This document shows, piece by piece, positions 10,225-20,564 of a DNA stretch of 64,000 bases. The stretch is from Candidatus Cloacimonadales bacterium (lineage in GTDB: Bacteria > Cloacimonadota > Cloacimonadia > Cloacimonadales > JAIOQZ01), in the NCBI GenBank assembly GCA_963674825.1, contig OY771587.1:1248001-1312000 (forward strand), in the 5' to 3' direction. The notes beneath the pieces are model-generated. The model worked only from the letters and a program-made list of their open reading frames with translations. It searched no databases and was not told the origin of the DNA. The position numbers were made by a program, and so were the translations under genes. Position 1 is the first letter of the stretch, and each line of letters starts with the position of its first letter.

Positions 10225-10374
10225 CCGGAATCAATTCGGTTCGTCATCCGCAACCTGCCATTATATACGATATTAAGCAATGTATATCATTTGTTTGCGA
10301 CTCTTGCAGGTGTCAAGCAGATAATGGAAGCACGATCGGCAGATTGCCGACTTCACTGAAAATAGCAGAGCACG

Positions 10375-13233
10375 TTACCGTGTATCCTCCGGCACCATGT
10401 AGTGAGGTTTGAAGCGGCAGACCGTCAACGAACCCTCGCGACCATCCAGAATCACTGCGAGCGGTTCTTCGAATGTGTAGTGTCGAAACACACCGTAGCG
10501 ATTGACCATCGTAGAGCTGTCGATAAGGTTTTTGTGGAATACGGTACCGGGTTGATCGAGCGCGATCGTTGCATATCCTGTGTTCATGGCAATCAGATTT
10601 TGGATGAAATGGCGATTGCGAGGTACGCTGATCGTATGTGGTGTCGTCTCGATGATAAGCCTTGCGCGATCGACATCGATCCACTGCAGAAGCGGTGCCT
10701 TGAAATCGCTACGGTTAGTCCAACTGGCGGGAATAATCAGGATATAATCCTCCGGAAGTTCATGATTCAACCGCTTCAAATCCTCGTCGCTGACATTATC
10801 GATCTCCTCTTCCGGCAGAATCGCGATGTCTCGAATCGGTGTATAGATGCCGTTACCAACACTGTTCTGTGTAAAGACCAGGATGTCATCGTCGTCAACT
10901 TTATCGATATTGATGGGGGATTCATTGGAATACTGGGCAAGCGGCCTGATCTGCAGGATGCTGAGCACCGGCTTTTCGCTGAAATCGACAGCAAACTCCA
11001 GTTCCGCGTTCTGTCCAAGTGACTTCCTTCCCAGCAGCATCACTTCCCGCAGGGCGTCTGCTACTCGCCTAAATTGATCCGATGCAAGCGGCCTGAATTG
11101 TGGGTTCTCACGATCCTCACAGGCGAGGAGTTCCGGGCAGGCGTACTGCTCGCAGGGTATCGACACCATGCTGGTCCGGCTCGTCTCACTACGATCTATC
11201 GCCAGAAACGACCTTTTCCCGAGCTCTTCGCAGATTACCGATTCATCCGGATCGGCGGGATTATAAACGAATCGCGGAGTATCGCAAGCCTCTTCCCCAC
11301 TCATTCCGAGTGTCCAGACCGCGATCCCCTTTGATGGCATGCGCGTACGGCAGGCAGTTCGGTTGTAGGACTGGATGTAGCCAGTCGCGGCTGGATAAAA
11401 GTACTGTTCGTGGGGGCTACCGGCTACTTCCTGGATGATCACCGCCATCTTTTCTTCCTCAAACCGGTAGTGCAGGCTCTTCAGGTAGCGGATGGTGGTC
11501 GATGAGAACACGGATAGATAGACTCGCTTGATCGCTTTTTCGAGTTGATCAAGCCGGACAAGCGTATCGAAGTGGGAATTAGGGATCATGAACGTCTTGT
11601 ATAGTCCCGCCACAGGTACGGATTGAGAATCTTCCAGAAGCCCGGATGATCGTACTGCAAGCGGTTTATCAATCCCCTCGACAATGTTTACCAGGCGTTG
11701 CCGCAGCTCATGCGTAAATTCATACTCCATAATGATGGTTTGAATCTGCTCTTCGCTGATATCATCTACGCTTTCGATCTCGGCCAGAATACGCTCGAAT
11801 TCCCGGGTTCCAATGATCGCTGTCACGGGAAGCCGGACTTCCAGATCAGGATAACGCGACTGGATATCGGTCACGGCAAGAATAGCGTTGAGAAATGCAA
11901 GCCCTCTTCCCTTGCCGCCGAGTGAGCCGTCTGCCAGACGCAGCACCTGGTCGCGCTCTTCGAGCTTATGCGGTGCGAAATCGACAATTTTGCCGCGATC
12001 GCGGTAAGTTCTTGCTTCATGGAAGATGGTGCGCAGATAGTCCCGAAGTTGCTGCCGGTCGTGGAAATCCCCCACTTTCATTGGCTGGATACGCCGGGCT
12101 ATGTCGATGTCTCCATGCGCGATAAGCCATGCACTGAAATGGTTTCGCATTCCATGGTAAACCAGCGTTTCATCCGGCACCTGTTGCAGGCACTTCTCGA
12201 ATTCCACAATGTTCGATGCTCGCCGGATCTCATGTCCGTCGTTATTGCGGAAGATGAAATCGCCGAAACCGAGGTCACGAATCACGATCTTCTCGAGGTC
12301 GTCCAGAAGCGTAGTGGAATCCTTGTCAAGGAAGTCGGCACCGAGTTCCTGTGCCTTGTGGGCGTTTTCAGGTTCGGACGATTGCAGAACCACCGGGATA
12401 TCGAAGGGATCGTTCTTGACCAGGCGGATGAGATCGAGCCCCGCACAACCGTCAAGCTGCCCATTACGCGGGTAGCGGACATCGGAGATCACCGCAACGA
12501 GGTTATCGTGGTATTTCTCCACCATGGCCGCGGCCTCTTCATAGGTATGCGCCAGAATTACCTTTGGTCTGGCTCGCATGCGGAGGCGTTTGTCGATATC
12601 GCTGCGTTCCTGCTCGATGAGCCGGCCTGTTTGACGCAGGATAAGCCTGTATAGCAACGGCAGGAAGCGAGAATAGTAGATGATCGAATCTTCAACCAAT
12701 AGAATCACGCGGATGAGTCCCTGCCGGGTATCGTGTTCGATATTCAGCTTGTCTTCCGCCGACTTGATCATGGCGAGGAAAATTGAGGTGTCGCCGTTCC
12801 AGAGGAACACATCGTCGATATGCTGCATGCGGTGCAGATTACGCTCAATAATGACGATATCCGACTGCACGTTTAACAGCAAAAGGATCGGAATATCGGG
12901 ATGCAGTTCGCGAGCCTTCTCCGAGAGTTCGAACGGCCCCACATCGCCAGTGCGCATCATGGTGATAACCAGATCGAACTGCCGCTTTTCGAGCAATTCA
13001 AGCGCTTGTTTCCCTGTGGGAACGCTGGTGATACGCGGCGCCGTGCTGAGCTGTAGCTGTTTATACTCGTTGTATATGTGTTCGGATAGCCGGCCATCTT
13101 GTTCGAAGATGAAAGCGTCGTAGAACGTAGCAACAAGCAGGATTTCCCGCACGCGGTTCTGCATCAGCTTGTAGAAATTGTCTTCGCCGTATTTGACCTT
13201 ACCGTACCATTGTTTCAGTTCTTGCATTGGCAT
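10375..13233 (-). CDS. Tandem receiver domains fused to PEP/pyruvate-binding (PPDK_N) domain
   Basis: REC-like segments (FDLVITMM; ILLVEDS...VISDVRYP), NHFSAWL, then GSLGGKGRGLAF, PLAVRSSGLLEDS, EEKMAVIIQ, ELEFA, LQIRP. Confidence 0.85.
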   Translation of the reverse strand: MPMQELKQWYGKVKYGEDNFYKLMQNRVREILLVATFYDAFIFEQDGRLSEHIYNEYKQLQLSTAPRITSVPTGKQALELLEKRQFDLVITMMRTGDVGPFELSEKARELHPDIPILLLLNVQSDIVIIERNLHRMQHIDDVFLWNGDTSIFLAMIKSAEDKLNIEHDTRQGLIRVILLVEDSIIYYSRFLPLLYRLILRQTGRLIEQERSDIDKRLRMRARPKVILAHTYEEAAAMVEKYHDNLVAVISDVRYPRNGQLDGCAGLDLIRLVKNDPFDIPVVLQSSEPENAHKAQELGADFLDKDSTTLLDDLEKIVIRDLGFGDFIFRNNDGHEIRRASNIVEFEKCLQQVPDETLVYHGMRNHFSAWLIAHGDIDIARRIQPMKVGDFHDRQQLRDYLRTIFHEARTYRDRGKIVDFAPHKLEERDQVLRLADGSLGGKGRGLAFLNAILAVTDIQSRYPDLEVRLPVTAIIGTREFERILAEIESVDDISEEQIQTIIMEYEFTHELRQRLVNIVEGIDKPLAVRSSGLLEDSQSVPVAGLYKTFMIPNSHFDTLVRLDQLEKAIKRVYLSVFSSTTIRYLKSLHYRFEEEKMAVIIQEVAGSPHEQYFYPAATGYIQSYNRTACRTRMPSKGIAVWTLGMSGEEACDTPRFVYNPADPDESVICEELGKRSFLAIDRSETSRTSMVSIPCEQYACPELLACEDRENPQFRPLASDQFRRVADALREVMLLGRKSLGQNAELEFAVDFSEKPVLSILQIRPLAQYSNESPINIDKVDDDDILVFTQNSVGNGIYTPIRDIAILPEEEIDNVSDEDLKRLNHELPEDYILIIPASWTNRSDFKAPLLQWIDVDRARLIIETTPHTISVPRNRHFIQNLIAMNTGYATIALDQPGTVFHKNLIDSSTMVNRYGVFRHYTFEEPLAVILDGREGSLTVCRFKPHYMVPEDTR

Positions 13234-13377
13234 ATAATCCCCCGGAAATCAACTTCTGAATGTTGATTTTGCTCATCAATGCGCCAAGAATGGGAAGATT
13301 CCGCAAGCATGCAAGCAATTCATCGGAAAATCCTTGCCGAATTCGTTCGGGAGCCGTTTGCTGCCACTGAGGTAAAT

Positions 13378-13905
13378 ATGAACAACATTCGAAACATGGC
13401 AGATTTCCACCGCGCAATCGTCGCCCTGAAAAAGCTCCCACGCTCTGGCTGGCTGCTGAAAGGTATCCCTGGAGAAGCCTGCGAATCGGTGGCGGATCAC
13501 AGCTTCGCGACGGCCATGATGGCCTGGATGATCGCAAGAGAATACTTTCCGCAGCTCGATGATATAAAAGTCCTCCAGATGGCCATGATCCATGAACTCG
13601 GAGAGATCGGAGCCGGCGACATCACGCCCTACGACGGTGTTACTCCTGCCCAGAAACACGAGATGGAAAAGGAGTCGGTGCAAAAGGTGCTGTCACACCT
13701 TGAACGCCGAGACGACCTCTACGACCTGTGGATGGAGTTCGAGACCGGTGAGACTGCGGAAGCGATCTTCGTGCGGCGTATCGATAAGCTGGAGATGGGA
13801 TTGCAGGCTTTGGTCTATCAACTCGATCACGGCATGGACCCGGCGGACTTCCTTACCAGCGCGAAGCAGGATGACGAGATCCTTCAAGCCATCCTGGAGG
13901 TATAA
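13378..13905 (+). CDS. HD-domain hydrolase (YfbR/HDDC2-like 5'-deoxynucleotidase)
   Basis: LKKLPRSGW, ESVADHS, IHELGE...GDITP, DKLEM; GAGGT before ATG 13378. Confidence 0.88.
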   Translation: MNNIRNMADFHRAIVALKKLPRSGWLLKGIPGEACESVADHSFATAMMAWMIAREYFPQLDDIKVLQMAMIHELGEIGAGDITPYDGVTPAQKHEMEKESVQKVLSHLERRDDLYDLWMEFETGETAEAIFVRRIDKLEMGLQALVYQLDHGMDPADFLTSAKQDDEILQAILEV

Positions 13906-13912
13906 CTTACAC

Positions 13913-14012
13913 CCACGCAGCAGATTCGTTCGAGACGAGCAGCCGTGTTCATCCACTTCGAAGACGTGGTGTTATACGGCGTCGCGAGGCACCGGGCGAA
14001 TATGCGACGTGA
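13913..14012 (+). ncRNA. Candidate structured element (long interrupted hairpin), copy B
   Basis: Nested pairings CACG/CGTG, GCA/TGC, TTCGTTCG/CGGGCGAA, GCCGTGT/ATACGGC, CCAC/GTGG; homologous to 22230-22356. Confidence 0.5.
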
Positions 14013-14040
14013 CGGACATCTGTGAATGTCTCTCTCTGCT

Positions 14041-14142
14041 CCTTCCCCTTTTTCCAAAGGGGAAGGCCGGGATGGGGTTTCTCTACCCCCTCTTCCCGCT
14101 GCCCTGTCATCCCGAGTAGCAAGAGAGTGTTGGGGTGAGGGT
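14041..14142 (+). repeat. Two REP-like hairpins with GGGATGGGG / GGGGTGAGGG tails
   Basis: CCTTCCCCTTT-TTCC-AAAGGGGAAGG-CCGGGATGGGG and CCCTCTT...AAGAGAG-TGTTGGGGTGAGGG; related copies at 22367 and 38625. Confidence 0.6.
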
Positions 14143-14302
14143 CTCTCTATGTCGCCACTTCCGCTGATCGTAACACAATTAGGACAATGGAAATAAGCAA
14201 ATTGCGAAAAAAAGCTTGCCCGTATAACGTACAAAACTTTTTTCTAACAAACACGATACAACAACGACGGCTCGTGTACTGCGAGCTGAATAAGAGGTTT
14301 GA

Positions 14303-15862
14303 ATGAGTACGGTAAAAGAGAAAATCGAATTGCTGGAAAAACGAATCAGCAAAACAAAAGAAATGGGTGGTGCTGCACGCATCGAGAAGCTTCATGAAGC
14401 TGGCAAGCTGTCCGCTCGTGAGCGTATCGATTTGTTCTTCGATCCGGGTACATTCCGCGAGATCGATATGTTTGTCAAGCATCGCTCGACCAACTTTGAC
14501 ATGCCAAAACACGATATCCCTTCTGATGGCGTTATCACCGGTCACGGACTGGTTAATGGCCGCCCGGTATTCGCCTATTCGCAGGACTTCTCGTCCCGCG
14601 GTGGATCACTCGGTGAAAAGCACGCCGCCAAGATCGTCAAGATCCAGGATCTCGCCATGAAATCCGGCGTCCCGATCGTTGGCTTCAACGATTCCGGCGG
14701 AGCTCGCGTTGAAGAAGGAATCGACGCCCTCAAAGGGTACGGCGACATTTTCTTCCGCAACGCACGTTCATCCGGGGTAATCCCCCAGATCACCGCCATT
14801 ATGGGGCCCTGCGCGGGTGGCGCGGTCTATTCACCAGCCATGACCGACTTCGTTTTCATGGTCAAGAATACCAGCTACATGTTCATCACCGGCCCCAGCG
14901 TCATCAAAACCGTTACAGGCGAAGACACCACTTTTGAGGATCTCGGTGGCGCTATGGCGCACAACACCAAAAGCGGAAACGCACACTTCGCATGCGAGAA
15001 TGACCAGGATGCCATCGAGCAGATCAAGACCCTGCTCAGCTACCTTCCGAACAACAACATGGAAGACGCTCCGCGCTACGAACCGCAAGACGACCCAGGC
15101 CGCATGTGCCCGGAACTCGATTCAATGATCCCGGACAGCACGCGTCAGCCCTACGATATGAAAGACATCGTGAAATCGATCGTTGATAATGGCGAATTCT
15201 TCGAGCCACATGAATACTACGCGCAAAACGCGATCATCGGTTTCGCACGCCTGAACGGACGCGCGATCGGTATCATCGGCAACCAGCCGATGAACCTCGC
15301 AGGCTGCCTCGATATCGATGCATCCGATAAAATCTCCCGCTTCATCCGCTTCTGCGACGCCTTCAATCTTCCCATCGTCACATTCGTGGACGTGCCGGGC
15401 TACCTTCCGGGTTGCGAACAGGAATGGAACGGAATTATTCGACACGGCGCCAAGCTGCTGTGGAGCTACTCGGAAGCGACGGTTCCCAAGCTTACCGTGG
15501 TTACCCGCAAAGACTACGGCGGAGCCTACATCGCGATGAGTTCGCAGCATCTGGGCGGAGACATGATCTTTGCATGGCCGTCAGCCGAAATCGCTGTGAT
15601 GGGTGCCCAGGGCGCGGTCAACATCGTGTCCGGCTACCGTAAACGGCTCAAAGACGCGGAAAACCCCGCCGAACTGCGTCAGGAACTGATCGCCGAATAC
15701 GAAGAAGCGTTCAATAACCCATACATCGCTGCCGAACGCGGCTACATCGATGCGGTCATCCGTCCATCAGAAACCCGCGTCCGCCTGATCGATGCACTGG
15801 ATATCCTCACCACCAAAAGTGAATCGCTGCCGCCCAAGAAACACGGCAACATTCCGGTGTAA
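14303..15862 (+). CDS. Methylmalonyl-CoA/propionyl-CoA carboxyltransferase subunit (12S/MmdA/PccB family)
   Basis: DSGGARVEEG, GPCAGGAVYSPAMTD, FVDVPGYLPG, AEIAVMG, KKHGNIPV. Confidence 0.95.
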   Translation: MSTVKEKIELLEKRISKTKEMGGAARIEKLHEAGKLSARERIDLFFDPGTFREIDMFVKHRSTNFDMPKHDIPSDGVITGHGLVNGRPVFAYSQDFSSRGGSLGEKHAAKIVKIQDLAMKSGVPIVGFNDSGGARVEEGIDALKGYGDIFFRNARSSGVIPQITAIMGPCAGGAVYSPAMTDFVFMVKNTSYMFITGPSVIKTVTGEDTTFEDLGGAMAHNTKSGNAHFACENDQDAIEQIKTLLSYLPNNNMEDAPRYEPQDDPGRMCPELDSMIPDSTRQPYDMKDIVKSIVDNGEFFEPHEYYAQNAIIGFARLNGRAIGIIGNQPMNLAGCLDIDASDKISRFIRFCDAFNLPIVTFVDVPGYLPGCEQEWNGIIRHGAKLLWSYSEATVPKLTVVTRKDYGGAYIAMSSQHLGGDMIFAWPSAEIAVMGAQGAVNIVSGYRKRLKDAENPAELRQELIAEYEEAFNNPYIAAERGYIDAVIRPSETRVRLIDALDILTTKSESLPPKKHGNIPV

Positions 15863-15871
15863 GGAGGATCC

Positions 15872-16057
15872 ATGCAGCGAGAGAAGAAAATTCGCGCAGC
15901 CATCGCCGGCGTGATGATGCTCCTCGAAGAGGAACAGTCGATGCGCGCACGCGTCGAGCCGGTTCCGGTCAACGTTCCGGTTCCGTGGGCTCAACACGGC
16001 AGACGTACTATCATGCAAAATCGCGAACTACTGCAACGAAGAGTTATCAAGAGATAA
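15872..16057 (+). CDS. Small accessory (epsilon-like) carboxyltransferase subunit
   Basis: GGAGG RBS; AAIAGVMMLL...PWAQHGR pattern resembling AccE/epsilon peptides; lies between the two carboxyltransferase genes. Confidence 0.65.
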   Translation: MQREKKIRAAIAGVMMLLEEEQSMRARVEPVPVNVPVPWAQHGRRTIMQNRELLQRRVIKR

Positions 16058-16077
16058 GATAAACGGAGGATATAGAA

Positions 16078-18042
16078 ATGAAATACGATAAGCACGGGGC
16101 GCTCGAGCTCACCGAGATGAAATACGGTCAGGATCGCCCGAAAGCAGCCAATCCTGTAAAGGTACAGGATTTGACCTTCCGTGACGGCCACCAGTCCATT
16201 TTCGCCACACGTGGCAGAACCGAAGACATGCTGGAAGTCGCCGAGCAAATCGACGAAGTCGGTTTCTACTCCACTGAAGTCTGGGGTGGCGCTACCTTCG
16301 ATACCATGCACCGCTACCTCAACGAAGATCCGTGGCAGAGAATCCGTACCCTCAAGAAGTACATGAAGAAGACCCCATTCTCCATGCTGCTTCGCGGACA
16401 GAACCTCGTGGGCTACCGCAACTATGCCGACGACGTGGTGGAAGCATTTGTTCAGCGTGCCGCCGATAACGGCATCGACATCTTCCGCGTATTCGACGCG
16501 CTGAACGATTTCCGCAACTTCGAGACCGCCGTCAAGATCATCCAGAAGAACAAGAAGCACTTCCAGGGAACCATCTGCTACTCACTCACCGAACAGCGCA
16601 TGGGCGGCGACGTCTACAACCTGGATTACTACATCAATAAAGCGAAAGAGCTCCAGGCAATGGGTGCGGATTCGATCTGCATCAAGGACATGGCCGGCCT
16701 TATCGCGCCATATGACGCTTACAACCTGGTCAAAGCGCTTAAAGAAACCGTCGATGCACCGATTCACCTGCACACCCACTTCACCTCGGGTATGGGTGAT
16801 CTTTCCATATTCAAGGCAATCGAAGCCGGCGTGGATATCGTCGATACCTGCATGGCGCCATATGCCTACCGCACTTCGCACGCAGCAATCGAACCGATCG
16901 TCGTCAGCCTCCTCGGCACCAACCGCGACACTGGATTCGATATCAACTTGCTCAGCGAAATCGATAAAAAGCTCGAGAAGATAGCACCGAAATACATGCA
17001 CTACCTGGATACAACCAAGCTGTCCATCATCGACATAAACGTGATCCTGCACCAGACACCTGGCGGAATGCTCTCCAATCTGGTCAACCAGCTTCGTCAG
17101 ATGGAACAGCTCGATCGGCTCGAAGACGTGTTCGAAGCGCTGCCGAAAGTCCGCAAAGACCTCGGTCAGGTTCCGCTGGTCACCCCGACCAGCCAGATCG
17201 TTGGCATCCAGACGGTGAACAACGTCCTCTTCGACAAAGAAGAAGGCGAATACAACCGCATCACCGAGCAGGTGAAAGACCTCTGCTTCGGTCTCTACGG
17301 AAGAACACCCCGTCCGATGGACAAAGACGTTCAGGCCAAAGCACTCAAAGATTACCCGCGCGGTAGCGAGCCCACAGACGTTCGCCCTGGCGATGTCCTC
17401 GAACCTGAACTTCCCGCTGTCATAGAAGACTGCAAGGGCTTGGCCAAGGATATCGACGACGAGCTCATCGTGGCACTCTATCCCGTTACAGGAAAGCGCT
17501 TCCTGAAGTGGAAATACGGCAAGGAAGCACCGCCGAAAGACGTGATGGCAAAAACGATCGAAGAATGTGAAGCAGAACGCAAGATCGTCGAGAAAGCCCT
17601 TCGCGGCGAGATGATCGAAAAGCCGGCGAAGCAAGCTCCTCCGAAACCGGAGAACGTCCGCAGTTTCGACGTGTTTGTGGATGATGAATACTTCAAGGTT
17701 GAAATCGGGTCCGATGGCATGCCAGCAGTAGCACCGAGTGTCAAGCAGGTAACGAAACCCGCAGCACCAGCACCGAAACCTGCGCCAAAAGCCGAAGCAC
17801 CAAAACCGCAGGTTGCCGTTGCGGAAGGGCAGACCGCCATTACTGCGCCTATGCCTGGCATGGTGATCGAGTACAAGAAGCAGGTCGGCGACAAAGTCGA
17901 AGCCGGCGAGACCGTCTTGATCCTCGAAGCGATGAAGATGTATAACAACATCGAAGCCACCGTTTCAGGGACCATAAAGGAAGTTCCTTTCGGCGCTGGT
18001 GACAACGTCTCCAAGGACGCGGTACTCTGCGTAATCGAATAA
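16078..18042 (+). CDS. Pyruvate/oxaloacetate carboxyltransferase fused to biotin carrier (OadA/PycB/5S+1.3S type)
   Basis: RDGHQS, WGGATFD, IKDMAG, HTH, PLVTPTSQIVG, Pro/Ala linker, EAMKM biotinylation site. Confidence 0.95.
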   Translation: MKYDKHGALELTEMKYGQDRPKAANPVKVQDLTFRDGHQSIFATRGRTEDMLEVAEQIDEVGFYSTEVWGGATFDTMHRYLNEDPWQRIRTLKKYMKKTPFSMLLRGQNLVGYRNYADDVVEAFVQRAADNGIDIFRVFDALNDFRNFETAVKIIQKNKKHFQGTICYSLTEQRMGGDVYNLDYYINKAKELQAMGADSICIKDMAGLIAPYDAYNLVKALKETVDAPIHLHTHFTSGMGDLSIFKAIEAGVDIVDTCMAPYAYRTSHAAIEPIVVSLLGTNRDTGFDINLLSEIDKKLEKIAPKYMHYLDTTKLSIIDINVILHQTPGGMLSNLVNQLRQMEQLDRLEDVFEALPKVRKDLGQVPLVTPTSQIVGIQTVNNVLFDKEEGEYNRITEQVKDLCFGLYGRTPRPMDKDVQAKALKDYPRGSEPTDVRPGDVLEPELPAVIEDCKGLAKDIDDELIVALYPVTGKRFLKWKYGKEAPPKDVMAKTIEECEAERKIVEKALRGEMIEKPAKQAPPKPENVRSFDVFVDDEYFKVEIGSDGMPAVAPSVKQVTKPAAPAPKPAPKAEAPKPQVAVAEGQTAITAPMPGMVIEYKKQVGDKVEAGETVLILEAMKMYNNIEATVSGTIKEVPFGAGDNVSKDAVLCVIE

Positions 18043-18062
18043 TCAAGTAATGATATATAGAC

Positions 18063-18089
18063 AAGGAGGCTCGTCGAGCCTCCTTTTTT
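18063..18089 (+). terminator. Rho-independent terminator
   Basis: AAGGAGGCTC-GTC-GAGCCTCCTT plus T run. Confidence 0.9.
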
Positions 18090-18149
18090 ATCCCACATGC
18101 ACAGCCTGGCTGTATATAAAGTTTTTAAAGCTGTGATAATGAATATGAC

Positions 18150-18177
18150 TTGACACATTTGGAATCTCAGCTAAGAT
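18150..18177 (+). promoter_or_regulatory. Sigma70-type promoter TTGACA-16-TAAGAT
   Basis: Perfect -35 and TAnnnT -10 upstream of cheR. Confidence 0.55.
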
Positions 18178-18429
18178 ATCATTAGAAATAAAATGTAATG
18201 TGTCTTAGTTTGTGTATGCTTAGACCACATCGGAATAGTTAGCAACACATTGTCGTTAAGATGGTTACGTTTCCGGGGATTTCCCCTGATTACTTCTGAT
18301 GCGGCAGGAACTGCCGGTCAGCAAAAATTCGCATGATTTGGATATTGTTTATAACAGTCGAAACGAGTGTGTGATGAATAGAACCATAGAGACTTTTCAT
18401 GACGTTACAAGCTGTCTCCGGAGCGGTCG

Positions 18430-19281
18430 ATGATTTCCTCAAAGATACCGTTCGAACCGGGTGATTTCATACTTCTTCGGGAATATATCCAGAAAGAATT
18501 TGGTATTGTCGTAGGCGATGAGAAAGCACCCATTATCGAAGGGTATTTATCGAACCTCGTGGTCGAAAGCGAGTGTAAAAATTTCCGGGAATTCTATCAT
18601 AAAGCACGCACGGATACAACAGGAAATCTTCGCAATAAAATCATCGATGCCATCACCATCTACGAAACTTCATGGTTTCGCGATAACAAACCATGGGGAA
18701 TCGTTGACGAGCTGATTATTCCGCGCTTTATATCGGACATTCGTTCGGGTCGGAAGCAGCAGGTTCAGATATGGTCGGCTGGTGTATCGACCGGCGAAGA
18801 GATCTATTCGTTCGTAATGATTCTCGCCGAAGCTCTAACACGGTTCCCGATGATCAAACCGCCAACATTCAGCATTCTTGCAACCGATATCTCGCCCAGT
18901 GCACTCTATCGAGCCATATCCGGACGCTACAATCGCGAATCGATGCGCAAGGGAATGATCCCGCATTTCCGTGATCGCTACTTTACCGAAGAAAACGGGA
19001 TCAGCGAAATATCGAGAGAAGTTCGCGAGATGGTTACGTTCAGCCCTTTCAATCTACAGCTGGATTTCATTAATATACCCTCTTGCGACCTGGTTTTCCT
19101 ACGTAATGTTGCTACCTATTTCCCATTTGAGTCGAAGAAGAAGCTTTTTGAAAAGATATATCACAAAATGAATGATGATGGATATCTTATAATAGGTGAA
19201 AATGAATCGCTGGATGGTATTTCTACGAAATTCCGAAAGCACGAATACAAAAAAAGCGCATATTATATGGCAAAACGTTAG
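18430..19281 (+). CDS. cheR: Chemotaxis protein-glutamate O-methyltransferase
   Basis: ETSWFRD, IWSAGVSTGEEIYS, ILATDIS, DLVFLRNVATYF, GYLIIGENES. Confidence 0.92.
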   Translation: MISSKIPFEPGDFILLREYIQKEFGIVVGDEKAPIIEGYLSNLVVESECKNFREFYHKARTDTTGNLRNKIIDAITIYETSWFRDNKPWGIVDELIIPRFISDIRSGRKQQVQIWSAGVSTGEEIYSFVMILAEALTRFPMIKPPTFSILATDISPSALYRAISGRYNRESMRKGMIPHFRDRYFTEENGISEISREVREMVTFSPFNLQLDFINIPSCDLVFLRNVATYFPFESKKKLFEKIYHKMNDDGYLIIGENESLDGISTKFRKHEYKKSAYYMAKR

Positions 19282-19296
19282 TTGATGGGGTGGCTA

Positions 19297-19704
19297 ATGA
19301 AGATATTGACCGTCGATGACTCTCGATTGATGCGGGCGATGATACGCTGCACGATCGAAGCGCTTGGTTTTGAAGCGCTGGAAGCCTCGAACGGGTATCA
19401 GGCGATGAAAATCATGAAGAACCATTACGAAGGCATCAGCCTGATTCTGCTCGACTGGAATATGCCGGGCATCAGTGGTTACGATTTGCTTCTCAAACTG
19501 AAAGCCAACAAACTGTATCGCCATATCCCCGTGATGATGGTCACCACGGAAAGCGAATGCAAGCACGTTATAGACGCCATCCAGCATGGCGCGCAAAATT
19601 ATCTGAAGAAACCCTTTACACCGGAAAGCCTCGTCGATAAAATTGAAGAAGTCCTGGGCGGGCTTCCAAGCGAATTTTCCGACAAGGACGAACTTCAGCT
19701 ATAG
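19297..19704 (+). CDS. cheY: CheY-like response regulator
   Basis: ILTVDDS, LLDWNMPGISG, MMVTTES, KKPF. Confidence 0.85.
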   Translation: MKILTVDDSRLMRAMIRCTIEALGFEALEASNGYQAMKIMKNHYEGISLILLDWNMPGISGYDLLLKLKANKLYRHIPVMMVTTESECKHVIDAIQHGAQNYLKKPFTPESLVDKIEEVLGGLPSEFSDKDELQL

Positions 19705-19712
19705 AGGTCTAA

Positions 19713-20564
19713 ATGTATCGGAATACGATCCTGGAACGGCTATCGCGAATCGAAGAAGCGCCAACCATGCTAACCATTGCGCTGGAGATCGACCGTTTGT
19801 CGAGAAACTCCGATACATCAGCAAATCAGATCAGCAGTATCATCCGGCTTGATCCTGCCCTCACCGGTAAAGTGCTGAAAATCGCCAATTCTGCGGTTTA
19901 TGCTTCGCGCCAGCGAATTGTAAGCCTCCAACAGGCTATCGCACGACTCGGTTTCTCCGAGATTAGGAGAATCACCATTTCAATCGCGGTTATCAACAGC
20001 TTCAAGAACTTCTTTGTCGATTACGAGAAATTCTGGATCCACTCGATCTCAACCGCATACCTTGGCGTCGCGCTGCACAAAAAAGCGGTGCAGCAGACCC
20101 AAGAAGACGAGGTTTATATCTGTGGCATTCTGCATGATATTGGTGTCCTGATCATGGACCAGTACTTCACCACGATTTACAAGAAGGTCTTCGAGATTGC
20201 CGAACGGAGAAGATTCGACCTACCCATCGTGGAAGAGAAGCTGCTGGGCATTTCCCACTCCGAGATTGGCGCGTTTCTGCTTCGTAAATGGAAGCTGCCG
20301 GACACGGTTACCGATGTGATTCTCAACCACCACACACCGCAACGCGCCAAGATCAACCCGATCGCTACGCGGTTGGTTTATCTTTCCAATTTTATCTGCA
20401 ACAACCGCGGCATAGACAATGGCTGTGGGTTCTTCCCGGAAGGTTTCTACGACGACATATGGGATGAGCTGGGGCTTCGAGTGGATGAGATCCCTTCGCT
20501 TATCGATGTTGTTATGAAAGAAACACAAAAAGCAAAAGAAATTCTACGACTGGGCGGTCGATAA
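19713..20564 (+). CDS. HDOD-domain protein
   Basis: DPALTGKVLKIANS, AIARLG, FWIHS, GILHDIG, HSEIGAFLLRKWKLP. Confidence 0.92.
   Translation: MYRNTILERLSRIEEAPTMLTIALEIDRLSRNSDTSANQISSIIRLDPALTGKVLKIANSAVYASRQRIVSLQQAIARLGFSEIRRITISIAVINSFKNFFVDYEKFWIHSISTAYLGVALHKKAVQQTQEDEVYICGILHDIGVLIMDQYFTTIYKKVFEIAERRRFDLPIVEEKLLGISHSEIGAFLLRKWKLPDTVTDVILNHHTPQRAKINPIATRLVYLSNFICNNRGIDNGCGFFPEGFYDDIWDELGLRVDEIPSLIDVVMKETQKAKEILRLGGR

Noticed and set aside
13899..14020. Integron attC site
   Set aside because: GTATAAC follows the gene end, but there is no matching GTTRRRY end or proper L-box spacing, and no integrase.
13884..14234. 116-aa minus-strand ORF across the intergenic hairpins
   Set aside because: Runs through REP-like palindromes, with no RBS or protein-like features.
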